A DNA stretch of 64,000 nucleotides from NCBI RefSeq assembly GCF_009914755.1, contig NC_060935.1; one strand, given 5' to 3'. Of this stretch, positions 38,996-49,975 are shown one piece after another. The DNA comes from the human T2T-CHM13v2.0 reference genome, Homo sapiens. A program made the translations under genes and the position numbers. Each line of letters begins with the position of its first letter. Within the stretch, counting starts at the first letter, position 1. The notes under the pieces are model-generated. The model saw nothing but the letters and a program-made list of their open reading frames with translations. It was not told the origin of the DNA and ran no database searches.

Positions 38996-41900
38996 GTATA
39001 ATAAAAATATACATATTGGATCTTTGTCCTTGGTTCCCAGCATGGAGCTGGGAGGATACAAAGAATAATACCAACAGCTCTGAGAGTACATAGGGAATTT
39101 GCTATCTAGTCAGGTACGTGTTACAGTGTCTCTTTTCTTCTATGTCCAGTGAGTTCCTCCCTTACTTGTTAAGGACCTAAACTAACAATCTAGTTAATTA
39201 ACCAACCAATTCCCTCACTCGTATTTGCATTAGTGTTTCAATTGCTTTGCGTTAACCTTAAGTTTCAAAATTTCTTAAGCCGGTTTTCAGTAATCTGCCC
39301 TTCATCAAATTATAGAAAGTAGCATAACAAATAGGCTTGAGTTTCCTCATCTCCTGGCCCTCCTCCGTCTCTGGGGAAAATATTAAAGACAGAAATGGTC
39401 CCCCAGTGTAGAGCTGGAGCCAGGAAGCAGGAATACAGTTGAGGGCTAGGATAACCAAATGAAAAGCAGAGCTGGGTGTTGGGCAAATTGGTTGTATTCC
39501 GCGAATGCAGACAGCTACACCTGCAAAGACGCAGGAATGCAGATGATCAGATAAACCAAGTTCAAAGAAATGAGGCCACACTTGGCTCGAAAGAGCGGAG
39601 AGGTTGGTGGGTCAGTGAGATAATTGTGCTGCTTGTTCAGAATCTGAACCAGTCCCGTCTGTTATCTGGTCAGGACAGGTGGCTTGCAGGCAGAGTTTGG
39701 GCTCAGGCAGGTGGCACCAAGAGGAAAATTTATGGATAGACCTTTAACTCTGGTCACTTTGGAGCCCAGCAGCTCTGGAAATTGGATCCAGATGGATAGT
39801 ATTTTGATAGCTTCTCCTAACCAAGGAATTTATGCTGATTTTCAGGACCCAAGGGGAAGGAGGAAGCTCCTAAAGGCAAGGAATTCATAATTGCTTCTTA
39901 CCATGTTTCCAAAATTCATCTGTGTTTTCACTCACCACCACAGTCAGGGCTGGCACAGGGACTGGGGAATGAAAAATAAATGAGGGCTCAGGGCCTCACT
40001 CATCACACGTGTGCCTTCCATGGGATGTCCTGGAGCAGGACAGGGAGGAGTGTGGGGAATAGTCTCCTAATTCAGGAAAAAGTCTAGGTTGGGTCTGTAA
40101 GATCTTCCTCCACTGAGAAATGTATTAATCCTTGCCCTGCTCATAGAAGCAATGAAAGAAGCTCTAAACACCGGGATGGATGTTCCTCCCTCCACATTTG
40201 GGTTTTTGCGTGAGTTAAACTACTGGAAGGGTGGAGGGTTCTCCCTCTGTACGGAGCTCAGTACAGGCCAGGAGGGCCCATCTATGTGAACACTTCTCTG
40301 AAAATGAAGCTACTTCTGGTCATAGCTCTGCTGTTAACTGTGTAATATGGGTAACCCCTTAACTGCCTCTGGGCCATGGTGTCTTCACCGGACATTTGCA
40401 TGAGAGCCAGAGGATGGCCAGGACCCTTTCAAGCTCTCATCTTCAATGCTCCTAGAATCTCCGTTGGAAACCATTTGGCTCTGCTGGAATGTTACAGAAA
40501 GAAGGCAAGGGCAATTCTTCTTTTCTCATGAATGTTTTGGGAATTCTGTTGCTTGGAAGAGACTTCAAAGACTGTATCTTCTGCTTCTCTGTGAGATTCA
40601 TCTCCAATTTATGTCACAAGGAGATGGGATTTTGAAGGCATACTAGGTGATCTCCATCCAGGTTTTCATAGCTTTTGCAAGCACTTACTGAGCACCTGCT
40701 ATGTGCCAGACCTTGTTCTCATAAGTCCTGATTTCATACTAAGACATCCAGACAAAGAGGTAGCATAAACAAAGGGCTTGAGCCAGTAAAGATGATAAGC
40801 AGGATGAAGAATACTGTTGCTCAGTCCCCAGTCAGATAGAGCATCCAACAACAGCCTGCCCAGCTACTCTCAGAATCCTGACACTGTGGCCCAGTGCCCA
40901 TCTCCTTTCCTAATTCCAAGCAAGAAATCATCCCCAATACTGACATTCACCAACAGCCCTTGCACTGCTTGGGGACCTACAAAAGGAGATTCTTTTCATT
41001 TCTCTTCCAAATTTCATGGCAAGGGCATTTGGAGGAGTTAGTGGAGAAGGATGGCAGGGGCTTTGAGTTGTCATCTTTTCTTAGGAGCTAAGAATTTTAA
41101 ATTGTACTTAATTGCTGGTCACAGTCAATGGATTCTAAGAATCTGATGTGCTTACCCTGCACACTCCCACCAGTCCCTCAGCCTGGGCCAGCCATAAAAA
41201 CACATTACTGGTGTCTGCCATTTGGATGGCTGGAGGAGATGGCGTAGTGAGTTTTATTTTTACCTGAATAGTGGGGAGCCAGCTGATGTGGTGCACCTCG
41301 TGTTAACCAATAAGCACCTGATGGGATTTGCCTCACGTCAAGAGGAAGAAGGGGCTCTTGGCTCTACTGGGCCACATCCCAGTTCAGTGTTTGTGGAAGG
41401 CATTCACCTTGGAGCTTGTTGCCTGCCAGGCCCCACTCTTAGGGCCTCTTCGATGCTGGGGAGAATGATGTCAGCACCACCCATTCCTGCTGGTTTCATT
41501 TATCTCTTAAACATACCATCCTGGCATTGGAGCCTTTACATGCTAGTCTCATATAATCAAGCCCAACAGAGGCAATGATCTGACCTTCTATGTTTCCAGC
41601 TACTATTTATGTCTTTAGAAATGGTTTTCTACATTCCATAGCACTCAGCATGTTTGACCTAATGGGCTGGGTCTTTCTTGCTTTCCTCTGTGATTATGCA
41701 CCAGGCATGTAATTAATTATGGCTCAATTCTATATTTTAAAAGCCCACAACTTTGGACTGAGATTACAATGAACAACATTTAGCATTGGCTTACCTCTGC
41801 TTTCACGTGGAGCTGAGAGATGGAGTTAGGTAGTAGGGAGTGAAGTTTGTTATGATAGGATTGAAACCTGCAGGCAGCAGTATTAGATAATTTTTCTCTA

Positions 41901-42039
41901 GCTGGGGATCTGGGGGTGGTGGAGACCAAGAGGTCAATCACCAGCATGTAATGTGGGGCCATCCCAATGCCTACTGTCGTTGCCACTCCCAAGAACAAAG
42001 AGCCTGCTTCCTGGATGACTGGGAGCCAACCATGGTGGA

Positions 42040-42690
42040 AGTAGGGAGTAAAAAGGAACTAACAGGGTCAGCTCATGAAAGGTTTTGTAAGCCAAGCATA
42101 GGAATTTGAACTTTATTCTGTAGGTAAAGGGAAGTCATTTGAAGCAGGGAAATGATCACTTCAGCAGCTGTATGGGTAATGGATTAATGAGGAGAGACTG
42201 GAAGCTTGGAGGCCACTTAGGAGGCCACAGCAGTAATCCAAGCAGAGAAGAGGAAGCTGTTTAATAGGCAGAATTGAATGAACGTGTTGACTGAAAGATA
42301 GAAGGAGAGGGAGGTGTTGATGACTCCATGCTTTTGGTTTGAGAAGCTGGATGGATGATGATGTTAACACCAAGAATAAGAAATCCAGTAGGAGGGAGAA
42401 GTTTGAGAAAGGAAGAGGATGCCAGGTCCAGTTTGGGACATACTGAATTTCAGATGGTTTGGGGACATTCAGGTGTTTCATTGTTTGGCCATGTAGGTCT
42501 AGAGCTCTGAAGAGAGACTTCATTAGAGATTACAAGCAGGGGTGTCATCAGCATCAAGGTGCTAGTAACTATCACGGGCAAAGATGAAATCAGCTAGGAA
42601 AGAAAGCACAGAACCATCAGGAGGGAAACACTCAGGGCCAGGCCGAGGCAGAGAAGCTTCTGGAGGGCAGAGACTGAGAAGATGCTTTCA
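42040..42690 (-). mobile_element. L2 fragment
   Basis: 'ggaatttgaactttattctgtaggtaaagggaagtcatt...ttaggaggccacagcagtaatccaagcagaga...gatgactccatgcttttggtttgag'. Confidence 0.75.
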
Positions 42691-43134
42691 TAGCCTGGAG
42701 TGAAGTCTGTCCCATCTGTCCTATCTCAGTTCAGGCTAGAATTCTCTCCTACCCTGGGGCCTCTCTAGTCCCCCAGGGCCACTGGGCTGGCTCTGCAGTT
42801 GGCCACACTGAGGCTGTTCTTTGACCAGTGTTTCTCAAATTTGCACCTGCAGATGTTGTATTGTTTTGTTTTGTTTGAGTTGGGGGGAGATGCTGCGAGT
42901 CCTTTAAAGAACCTCCCATAGCAGTCTGTGAATACGTATTCTGAGGGGTCTTTGAGTTCTCAAGTTCAGGAAACTCAGACGTGGTCCTGGACTCTCCTTG
43001 CCTGGACTTGAGGTAACTGCCTTGGCCTCCCTAAGCCAAAGATGCATCTGGGCCCCATATGCGACCCAGGGCTTCCCATGGCAACATGTGGTGTTGTTTT
43101 TACTACTGCAACTTTTTATTTTTCTTTAGAGCTG

Positions 43135-43401
43135 ATTTTTTTTTTTTCCTTTTGAGACAGAGTCTCCCTCTGCCATCTGGACTGGTATACAGTGGCTCAA
43201 CCACAGGTCACCGCAGCCTCGATCTCCCAGGCTCAAGCGGTCGTCCTGCCTAAACCTCCCGAGTAGCTGGGACTACAGGCATGCACCACCACACCACGCT
43301 AATTTTTAAAAAATTTTTTGTAGAGACAGGGTCTTGCTGTGTTGCCAGGGCTGATCTTGAACTCCTGGGCTCAAGTGATCCTCCCGCCTTGGCCTCTCAA
43401 A
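43135..43401 (-). mobile_element. AluJ, slightly 5'-truncated
   Basis: J-type diagnostics 'cagcctcgatctcccaggctcaagc', 'tttgtagagacagggtcttgctgtgttgcc', 'ctcctgggctcaagtgatcctccc'. Confidence 0.9.
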
Positions 43402-43402
43402 G

Positions 43403-43710
43403 ATTTTTTTTTTTTAACAGCTGTATTGAGATACAGTTCACATATGGCCCACTTAAAGAATACAATTCAGTGATTTTTAATATATTCGCAGATTTGCACA
43501 ACCACCACCACAGTCCATTTAGAACCTTTTAAAATCACCCCAAAGAAACCCTGTACATTTTAGCTATCCCCTTAGCCTCAGCCTCTCCCTCCCCATCACC
43601 TGGGTTTTAGGCGACTACTAATTTACTTTCTGGCTAATGGATTAATGAGGAGAGGCTATAGATTCCCCTATTCTGGACATTTCGTATAAGTGGAACCATA
43701 GACTGTAACT
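43403..43710 (-). mobile_element. L1MB-like 3' end
   Basis: 'aacagctgtattgagatacagttcacata...tacaattcagtgatttttaatatattc...ctattctggacatttcgtataagtggaaccata'. Confidence 0.8.
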
Positions 43711-44669
43711 TTTTAGGATTGCACGTTCCCATCTGATAACCGAATCTCCATTCTGGAGAAAGGATGTTGGCATAGTCTGGGTGCTTTGCTATCTATTATC
43801 TCCTCTAATTCTCACCACCTCTTTGGAAAGCCAGCCTTATCAACCCCATTTTAGTTGAGAGTGCTGAGGTTCGGAGGTGAAATGACTTGTCAGAGGCCCC
43901 AGGGACAGTCAGTGGAAGCACGCTGAACAGGGAGGGGCACCCAGCTCTGTCTGGCTGCATTCGCTGAGCTGTCGCTGTGCTAGGTGCTGAAGCAGGGCTG
44001 GGATGGGGGTGTGAAGACAGAAAATCCACCAGCAGCTCGCACGAGTGGGTCCTCCCAGAATGAGTCCAGGGGAGCCCCCTGGACCAAAGCAGGACAGAGC
44101 TAATTCCAGGAACAACTGCACATTTGTCCACTGGTTGGAGTGAGCCTCCCCCTTTTACTGCATCTCCACGAGGCAGAGGAAGTGGCAGTGGCCTGAGCCC
44201 TCAGATACCTGGTGCCCTGGGAATGTTCCCAACCAGATGATTATGGCTGTTGTCACCACCAAGCCCTGTCTTGTCATCAGCCTCAGTGTCAGGCCCTGGG
44301 ACCCAGAGACACACCCCGTCCCCAGGCTCCAGCTTCATGGAGCTTCAGAATCAGGCCCTGTTACACCCACTGCAGGGAACTTATCATCTCATTATAAAGG
44401 ATAAGGCATATTTTTTCAGTATGGTTATACGCGGTAATGAAGCATGCAGGAAACCACACAAGATAGATGGCAGCTTTCACTAGTGAAGCTGAAAACTTGG
44501 TTACCTTAATAGTCTATTTATTACATTCACTCTCTGAGCTTACAGCACCTGATTAATATCTCCCATCTTCTCCCTTGCTATACAATTAAAACTAGTAATA
44601 TGTGATTGCACATGCTGACTCCAGCACAGATGGGTGTGTGGAGTTGAAGGCCGAGATAAGAAGTGAAGG

Positions 44670-44975
44670 GGTCAGGCGTGGTGGCTCACGCCTGTAATCT
44701 CACCACTTTGGGAGGCCGAGGCGGGCAGATCACGAGGTCAGGAGATTGAGACCACCCTGGCTAACATGGTGAAACCCTGTCTCTACTAAAAATACAAAAA
44801 ATTAGCCAGGCATGGTGGCAGGCGCCTGTAGTCCCAGCTACTCAGAAGGCTGAGGCAGGAGAATGGCGTGAACCTGGGAGACGGAGCTTACAGTGAGCCG
44901 AGATTGTGCCACTGCACACCAGCCTGGGCGATAGAGCAAGACTCTGTCTCAAAAAAAAAAAAAAAAAAAAAAAAA
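44670..44975 (+). mobile_element. AluY
   Basis: Y diagnostics 'gatcacgaggtcaggagatt', 'ctggctaaca', 'agaatggcgtgaacc', 'ggagctt'; long A-tail; TSD aagaagtgaag/aagaagtggag. Confidence 0.92.
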
Positions 44976-45289
44976 AAGAAGTGGAGAAGGAATGTTCTTC
45001 CTGGGTCATGATAGAGGAGTCAGATCCCTTGCTGGTAAGGGAGTGATCTTACAGAATTAATTACACTCGAGGAGAAAAGGACCCTATGTCCACTGCCCAG
45101 TCTCACCCATTGCCGTGGCTTCTGGCAGGGGAGTGGTGAAGCCTGCACAGAGAGAGGATATCAGTGGAGGTGGCCATACGGCCTTTAATCAGCAAAAGGA
45201 AAGATGGCTGGACTTTAACTCATTTGCTTGGATGAGAATGTTTGAGGTTGAATTCGATTACAATGATGTAGCTACTCAAAAGCCGCTCC

Positions 45290-45718
45290 CAACTTCCTGC
45301 TCCCCTGCCCACCTGCTCCTGAAGAGCTGAGCATTTGGCCAAGTTCTGACCAATGAGATGTAAGGAGAACTCTGCTGAGGGGTTTCTGGGAGAGATGCTT
45401 TGCTTTTTGACAAAATGGCAAGTCACATTATGAGAACTTGCTGGTGCTGCCCTCTGCCCCTTCTTCCTGAATGTGGATGTGATGACTGAGTTTGGGCTGC
45501 CATCTTGTGAGCATGAGGATGAAAACGTAACATGCCATGGATGGTGGAGAATCACCAGGGAGAGCCTAGGTTCATGATTACATCACCCAGCTGACAGCCC
45601 AACCCTGGGGTCATCTACTTCTGGACCTTTTGTTAAGCAAACAATATATAGCCTTGTGGTTGAAGCCACAGTTAGAAGGGCATTATGTTCCTTGCAGCTG
45701 AGAAACATACCTACATAA
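45290..45718 (+). mobile_element. old ERVL/MaLR LTR (MLT1J/K or LTR33-like)
   Basis: 'aagttctgaccaatgagatgtaag', 'gctgccatcttgtgagcatgagga', 'ctacttctggaccttttgtta...cttgcagctgaga'. Confidence 0.65.
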
Positions 45719-45724
45719 TCTAAA

Positions 45725-45945
45725 TGGCTCCATTTATTGAGCAGCATATGCGTGTCCTTTGCTAAGTGCTTTGTGTTCATTTTGAAGCTTCAAAACATGT
45801 TCCCTTTAAGGGAGCTACTATGACCTCTGTTTTATAAAGGAGGACACGAGTTTTAAGTGTATAAGGTCACACACCTATTCCAGGAAAGAGCAGAGCTAAG
45901 ATTTGAATCCAAGTCTTTCTGACTAGAGAGTTATTACTATTAATC
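45725..45945 (-). mobile_element. MIR
   Basis: 'gctccatttattgagcagcat...aaggtcacacac...gagctaagatttgaatccaagtctttctgact'. Confidence 0.7.
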
Positions 45946-47825
45946 ATAATATTGTGACTTTGTAGACAGTTCATCTCAACACTGAACTCTGGGAATGAGT
46001 GTTACTTAAAGTCTGGTTGGCATAATAGTACTCAGTATAAATCACGAAGTTTTTCCACATGACCCACTAAAATAAGGTGAAATTCAGTCTTATTGGTGAT
46101 TGAAAATTGCATATTTTTTACCTGCCTCAACCCACTCCAAATAGCCGGGGTTGAAATTAGTTTAGCTAACCTAACTTGCCCCAGCCAATTGGATGGCCAA
46201 AAAGTGAAATGTGTATGAAGGGAAAAGGTCCCAGAGAGAGAATTTGAGTTAAAAGACCACCAGTCCGAGCCTGTGTGCAGCCCATCTCATAGCTTTTGAG
46301 TACAAAGCAGGAAGCCTCTCCTTCCGTGGCATTTGAAGACTCAGAGCAAGGTTAAGATGGCTTTGAAACCTGGGTCTGGTTCTCCCAGAAACACTTCTGT
46401 TGCTTCTCCTCATTAAAGAAAACATTCCAAGTGTGCAATTGTTCTCTGAGATGAATTTCTCAAAACACATGTGAACTACTTGAGACTATTCTAATTCCTG
46501 GAGGTGCCTAGTCAGTGCTGGCCATATAACAGATGCTCAGTAAAGATCGGTTGCTTTCATGACCAGTGAGGGCAACAGAAAAAACAAAAGATCTCTTAAT
46601 GAATATGATTCATCCTCCTAGCCTCAGTGAAAAGGCAAAAAATAGGCTGCTTTCTTGGAAACGTGCCAGCTAATGGTACTTAGCATGCAAGGGACCGCGT
46701 ACTGATCCATACCCATTAGCCCAATGCTCATCAACTCTTCTACTGGAGATATATATATATATATATACACATAGCCAGCAGCCAACAGAGGGACTTGGCC
46801 ACATGCTGATTCTCTCTCCCCTCCCAGTCCATCAGACCATTATTCAGCAGGAGGTAGTAGGGTCTTCCCCTCCCTCTTATGCCCTTTAGGGCAGGAGCTA
46901 TCTAGAGAGGGAAAAAAAGTCAGAATAAACATATGCAAGGACTGGGGTTTAAACATCCCATGAAGATTAACTTATCTGGAGTAATTGCCTTAACTAGGGG
47001 ATTTTTAATGCTTTTCAAAGTTTTTTAGAGGAAGAAAAATATGCAGAATGAGTCTTAAAGCAGCCAACAGAGGAGATACTTAGAGCAAAAAAAAAAAAAA
47101 GATATCAACCATAAGAAGCCCATAGCTAGGAAATTTTAAGGCACTGATTCTAGGGGATTTAATAAGAATGTAATTTGTATAATTAACCATTCATCAATGT
47201 CAATTTCATTAAATGAATGCCAGAAATATTACCTTCAGCAGCACGACCTAACAGGATTGAATATATTATATGAAAAATGAACACTTAGTGGTTTCCCCCA
47301 CTGCTCTGTCTGTCACAGCAAGATTTGCAAGGCTGAGAAATAATTTAAAGGGTAGTAAATGAAACCGGCTAAGGCAAATGTGTGCATTTTGGTAACTAAC
47401 CTCCGTCATGATGTATGAGAGTTCATGTCAAAATGTTTTCCTGCAGCAATGACTAAAGGGACTTGTAGCTCTCTCCCAGGTGGCAAAATGTGAGAAATAA
47501 TGCCAGGAACTTCCCAAAGGTCCCCCTTGTCACTCGCCTGGATACAGCTTACTCTTTCCCTAGATAGGCTGCCTAGGGTCTAAGACCAGAAGCCATGTGT
47601 TTTTGTGTCCAGAATTTGTAGACCTTCCCTTCATACCTCCAGGTTAGCCTTACATCCAATCACTTGCCTACCTGTCCAGGAAAAGTGATGATTGATGTGC
47701 AGGAGACAGAAATCATTCTGAGTTTTATTTATGTTATTGCCTACAGTCATCAGGGGAGCACGAAGCTTGAGGTAGGTGGGCTGATGAAATATATGTAAAT
47801 AGGACTTATTTCCAAGGTTGCTCAT

Positions 47826-47859
47826 GAGGGAGGCAGTTTATGGAGGGAGGCAGTTTATG
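47826..47859. repeat. perfect 17-bp tandem duplication (GAGGGAGGCAGTTTATG)x2
   Basis: seen directly. Confidence 0.95.
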
Positions 47860-48654
47860 GGGATTTATCCATTTCAGTGCATCATAGGAAAAGTGGAGGA
47901 CTTGGGAGCGGGGGCTGTAGTAACTTGTCCATGTGTGTGCTCCTGGGAATGTATATACAGACACACACACACACACACCAGATCAAGCACACACTGGAGA
48001 TCAGTGCTTGAGATTTGCAAATTGTTGTCACTGGAGTTGGCCTGGTGCCTCGTGTATAGTAGGTGATCAATAAACATTTGTTTAATTGAATTTCTCTTAG
48101 TGTTAACTCCACTCCCATTCTCTTCTGTTTCAGGGTTCTATGAGGCTGAAAATATTGGATCAGTATTCCTGAGGAATCTGCGTTTCAGAATCCCAGGTCC
48201 GGAAGGACAAGAAGTACTTTGCAAACAAATCAAATGTACGTTTAGGAAGATGAAATCATGCAACAGAAAGATTTTTCAGAATTTTTCAGCAACAGATTTT
48301 ACACACAATTCAGAAGGAAGAAAGAACAGATGAGTTTGGGAATCAGGAGACCAGATGTCAAGACTGGACTACATCTTTATATTCATTTCCAGATTTAAAG
48401 TTCTATGTTGTATTTTATTTGATGCAAAGCAATAAAATATTCCTCCCTCCTGTGACCACCGAAAAGGTCATATTTAGGACCTGGGTGAAGGAAGAGTGGG
48501 CATCACAGAGCTGCTGTGGAGTGTGTGCACAGATTCTGTGTACTAGGTCTGTGGGCTCTGCAAGACTCAAAATCAATTGCTGAAACACTTCTTAAATGTG
48601 TTCCCTCCTATGCATTCTGCTATGCATAGTCGCCCTCTCTTCCTTCTAGGTTAG

Positions 48655-48805
48655 AGTGGGTGACACTGAGCATGTAACTTAACCTCTCTGAAGCACAGTT
48701 TCCTCATCTGCAAAATGAGGATGATAATATCCTCCTCCCAGTGTTGCTGGGAGGATGAAGTGAGATGAATCTGGTGATACTGAGTAGGTGTGCAATCAAT
48801 ATTTG
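48655..48805 (+). mobile_element. MIR
   Basis: 'taacttaacctctctgaagcacagtttcctcatctgcaaaatgaggatgataata'. Confidence 0.8.
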
Positions 48806-48896
48806 TTTTTTCCTGCCACTCCTTTACCAGGACTTTTTTCACCTCAAATGAGTGATGACCTCTGAGTGCGGAGCTTTTTTGTCAATTTTTTAAAGA

Positions 48897-49230
48897 CAGT
48901 GGTCCCCAGCATTTTTGGCACCAGGGACAGGTTTCATGGATGGCAATTTTTCCATGGACCTGGGTAGGGGGTGGTTTCTGGATGAAACTGTTCCATCATA
49001 GATCTTCAGGCACTAGTTAGATTCTCATAAGAGACACAGCACACAGCCTAGATCCGTCACATGCGCAGTTCACAACAGGGCTGGTGCTCCTAGGAGAATC
49101 TAACGCCTCTGCTGATCTGACAGGAGGCAGAGTTCGGGCGGCAATGTTCACTCACCTGCCGCTCACCTCCTGCTGTGTAGTCTGGTTCCTAACAGGCTGA
49201 GGACCGGTACCCCGGGGCTGGGGATCCCTG
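48897..49230 (+). mobile_element. MER1B hAT-Charlie DNA transposon
   Basis: terminal inverted repeats 'cagtggtcccca'/'tggggatccctg'; body 'tttttggcaccagggac...cctagatccgtcacatgcgcagttcacaa...ctgatctgacaggaggc'. Confidence 0.88.
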
Positions 49231-49289
49231 TTCTATGAGGATAGAAAATCTGGTAAAGTAATTCACCCTAAGATGCCATTAAATTACTA

Positions 49290-49505
49290 TGACCTCCTGG
49301 GCTCAAGCAATCCTCGCACCTCAGCCTCCCAAGTAGCTAGGACTTCAGGCATGCACTACTATGCCTGGGTAACTTTTTTGATTTTTATTAGAGATGAGGT
49401 CTCACCATGTTGCCTAGGCTGGTTTTGACCCCCTGAACTCAAGTGATCTTACCGCCTCAGCCTTCCAAAGTGTTGCAATTACAAGCGTGAGCCACAGCAC
49501 CGGGT
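49290..49505 (-). mobile_element. AluJ fragment (3' part missing)
   Basis: 'gacctcctgggctcaagcaatcctc...attacaagcgtgagccacagcaccgg'. Confidence 0.85.
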
Positions 49506-49799
49506 TACTTTGTTACTCTTTAGGGGTATTGGAAATATTAAGAAAATACAGCAGGGAGAGATTGATTTTTAGGATTTAAGAAGAACAAGAATAGTTTTGG
49601 GAGTTCTGGGAGCTACTTCCAAGGGCATGAACCAAATCTGGAAAGTAGAGTTGGGGTTGTGAAATATTAGAACGTGTGGATAGTCTGATGGTTTGCAAGT
49701 AAGTGGGATCGACCGTGGGGTCTCTGGACAGCTCCCCAGAGGGCCGTGGTCCACAAAGGGAAACACTGTCCCATCCAACTCTGAGAAATGGGTCTGGGC

Positions 49800-49975
49800 A
49801 TCCACTGCTTTCACCGAGGGTCTCTGCATGACTTTAGGAAAGTCACTAGACTTCTTTAACCATTTCTTTCTTATCTGCAAAATGGGAAGAGTAAGGGCAC
49901 CCATCTTGGAGGAGATTTGGCACGTGATGCTCAGCACATTGCCTGACAATACTAAGTGTTCAACCAATGCTCATG
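49800..49975 (+). mobile_element. MIR
   Basis: 'atgactttaggaaagtcact...ttcttatctgcaaaatggga...ctcagcacattgcctgaca'. Confidence 0.75.
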
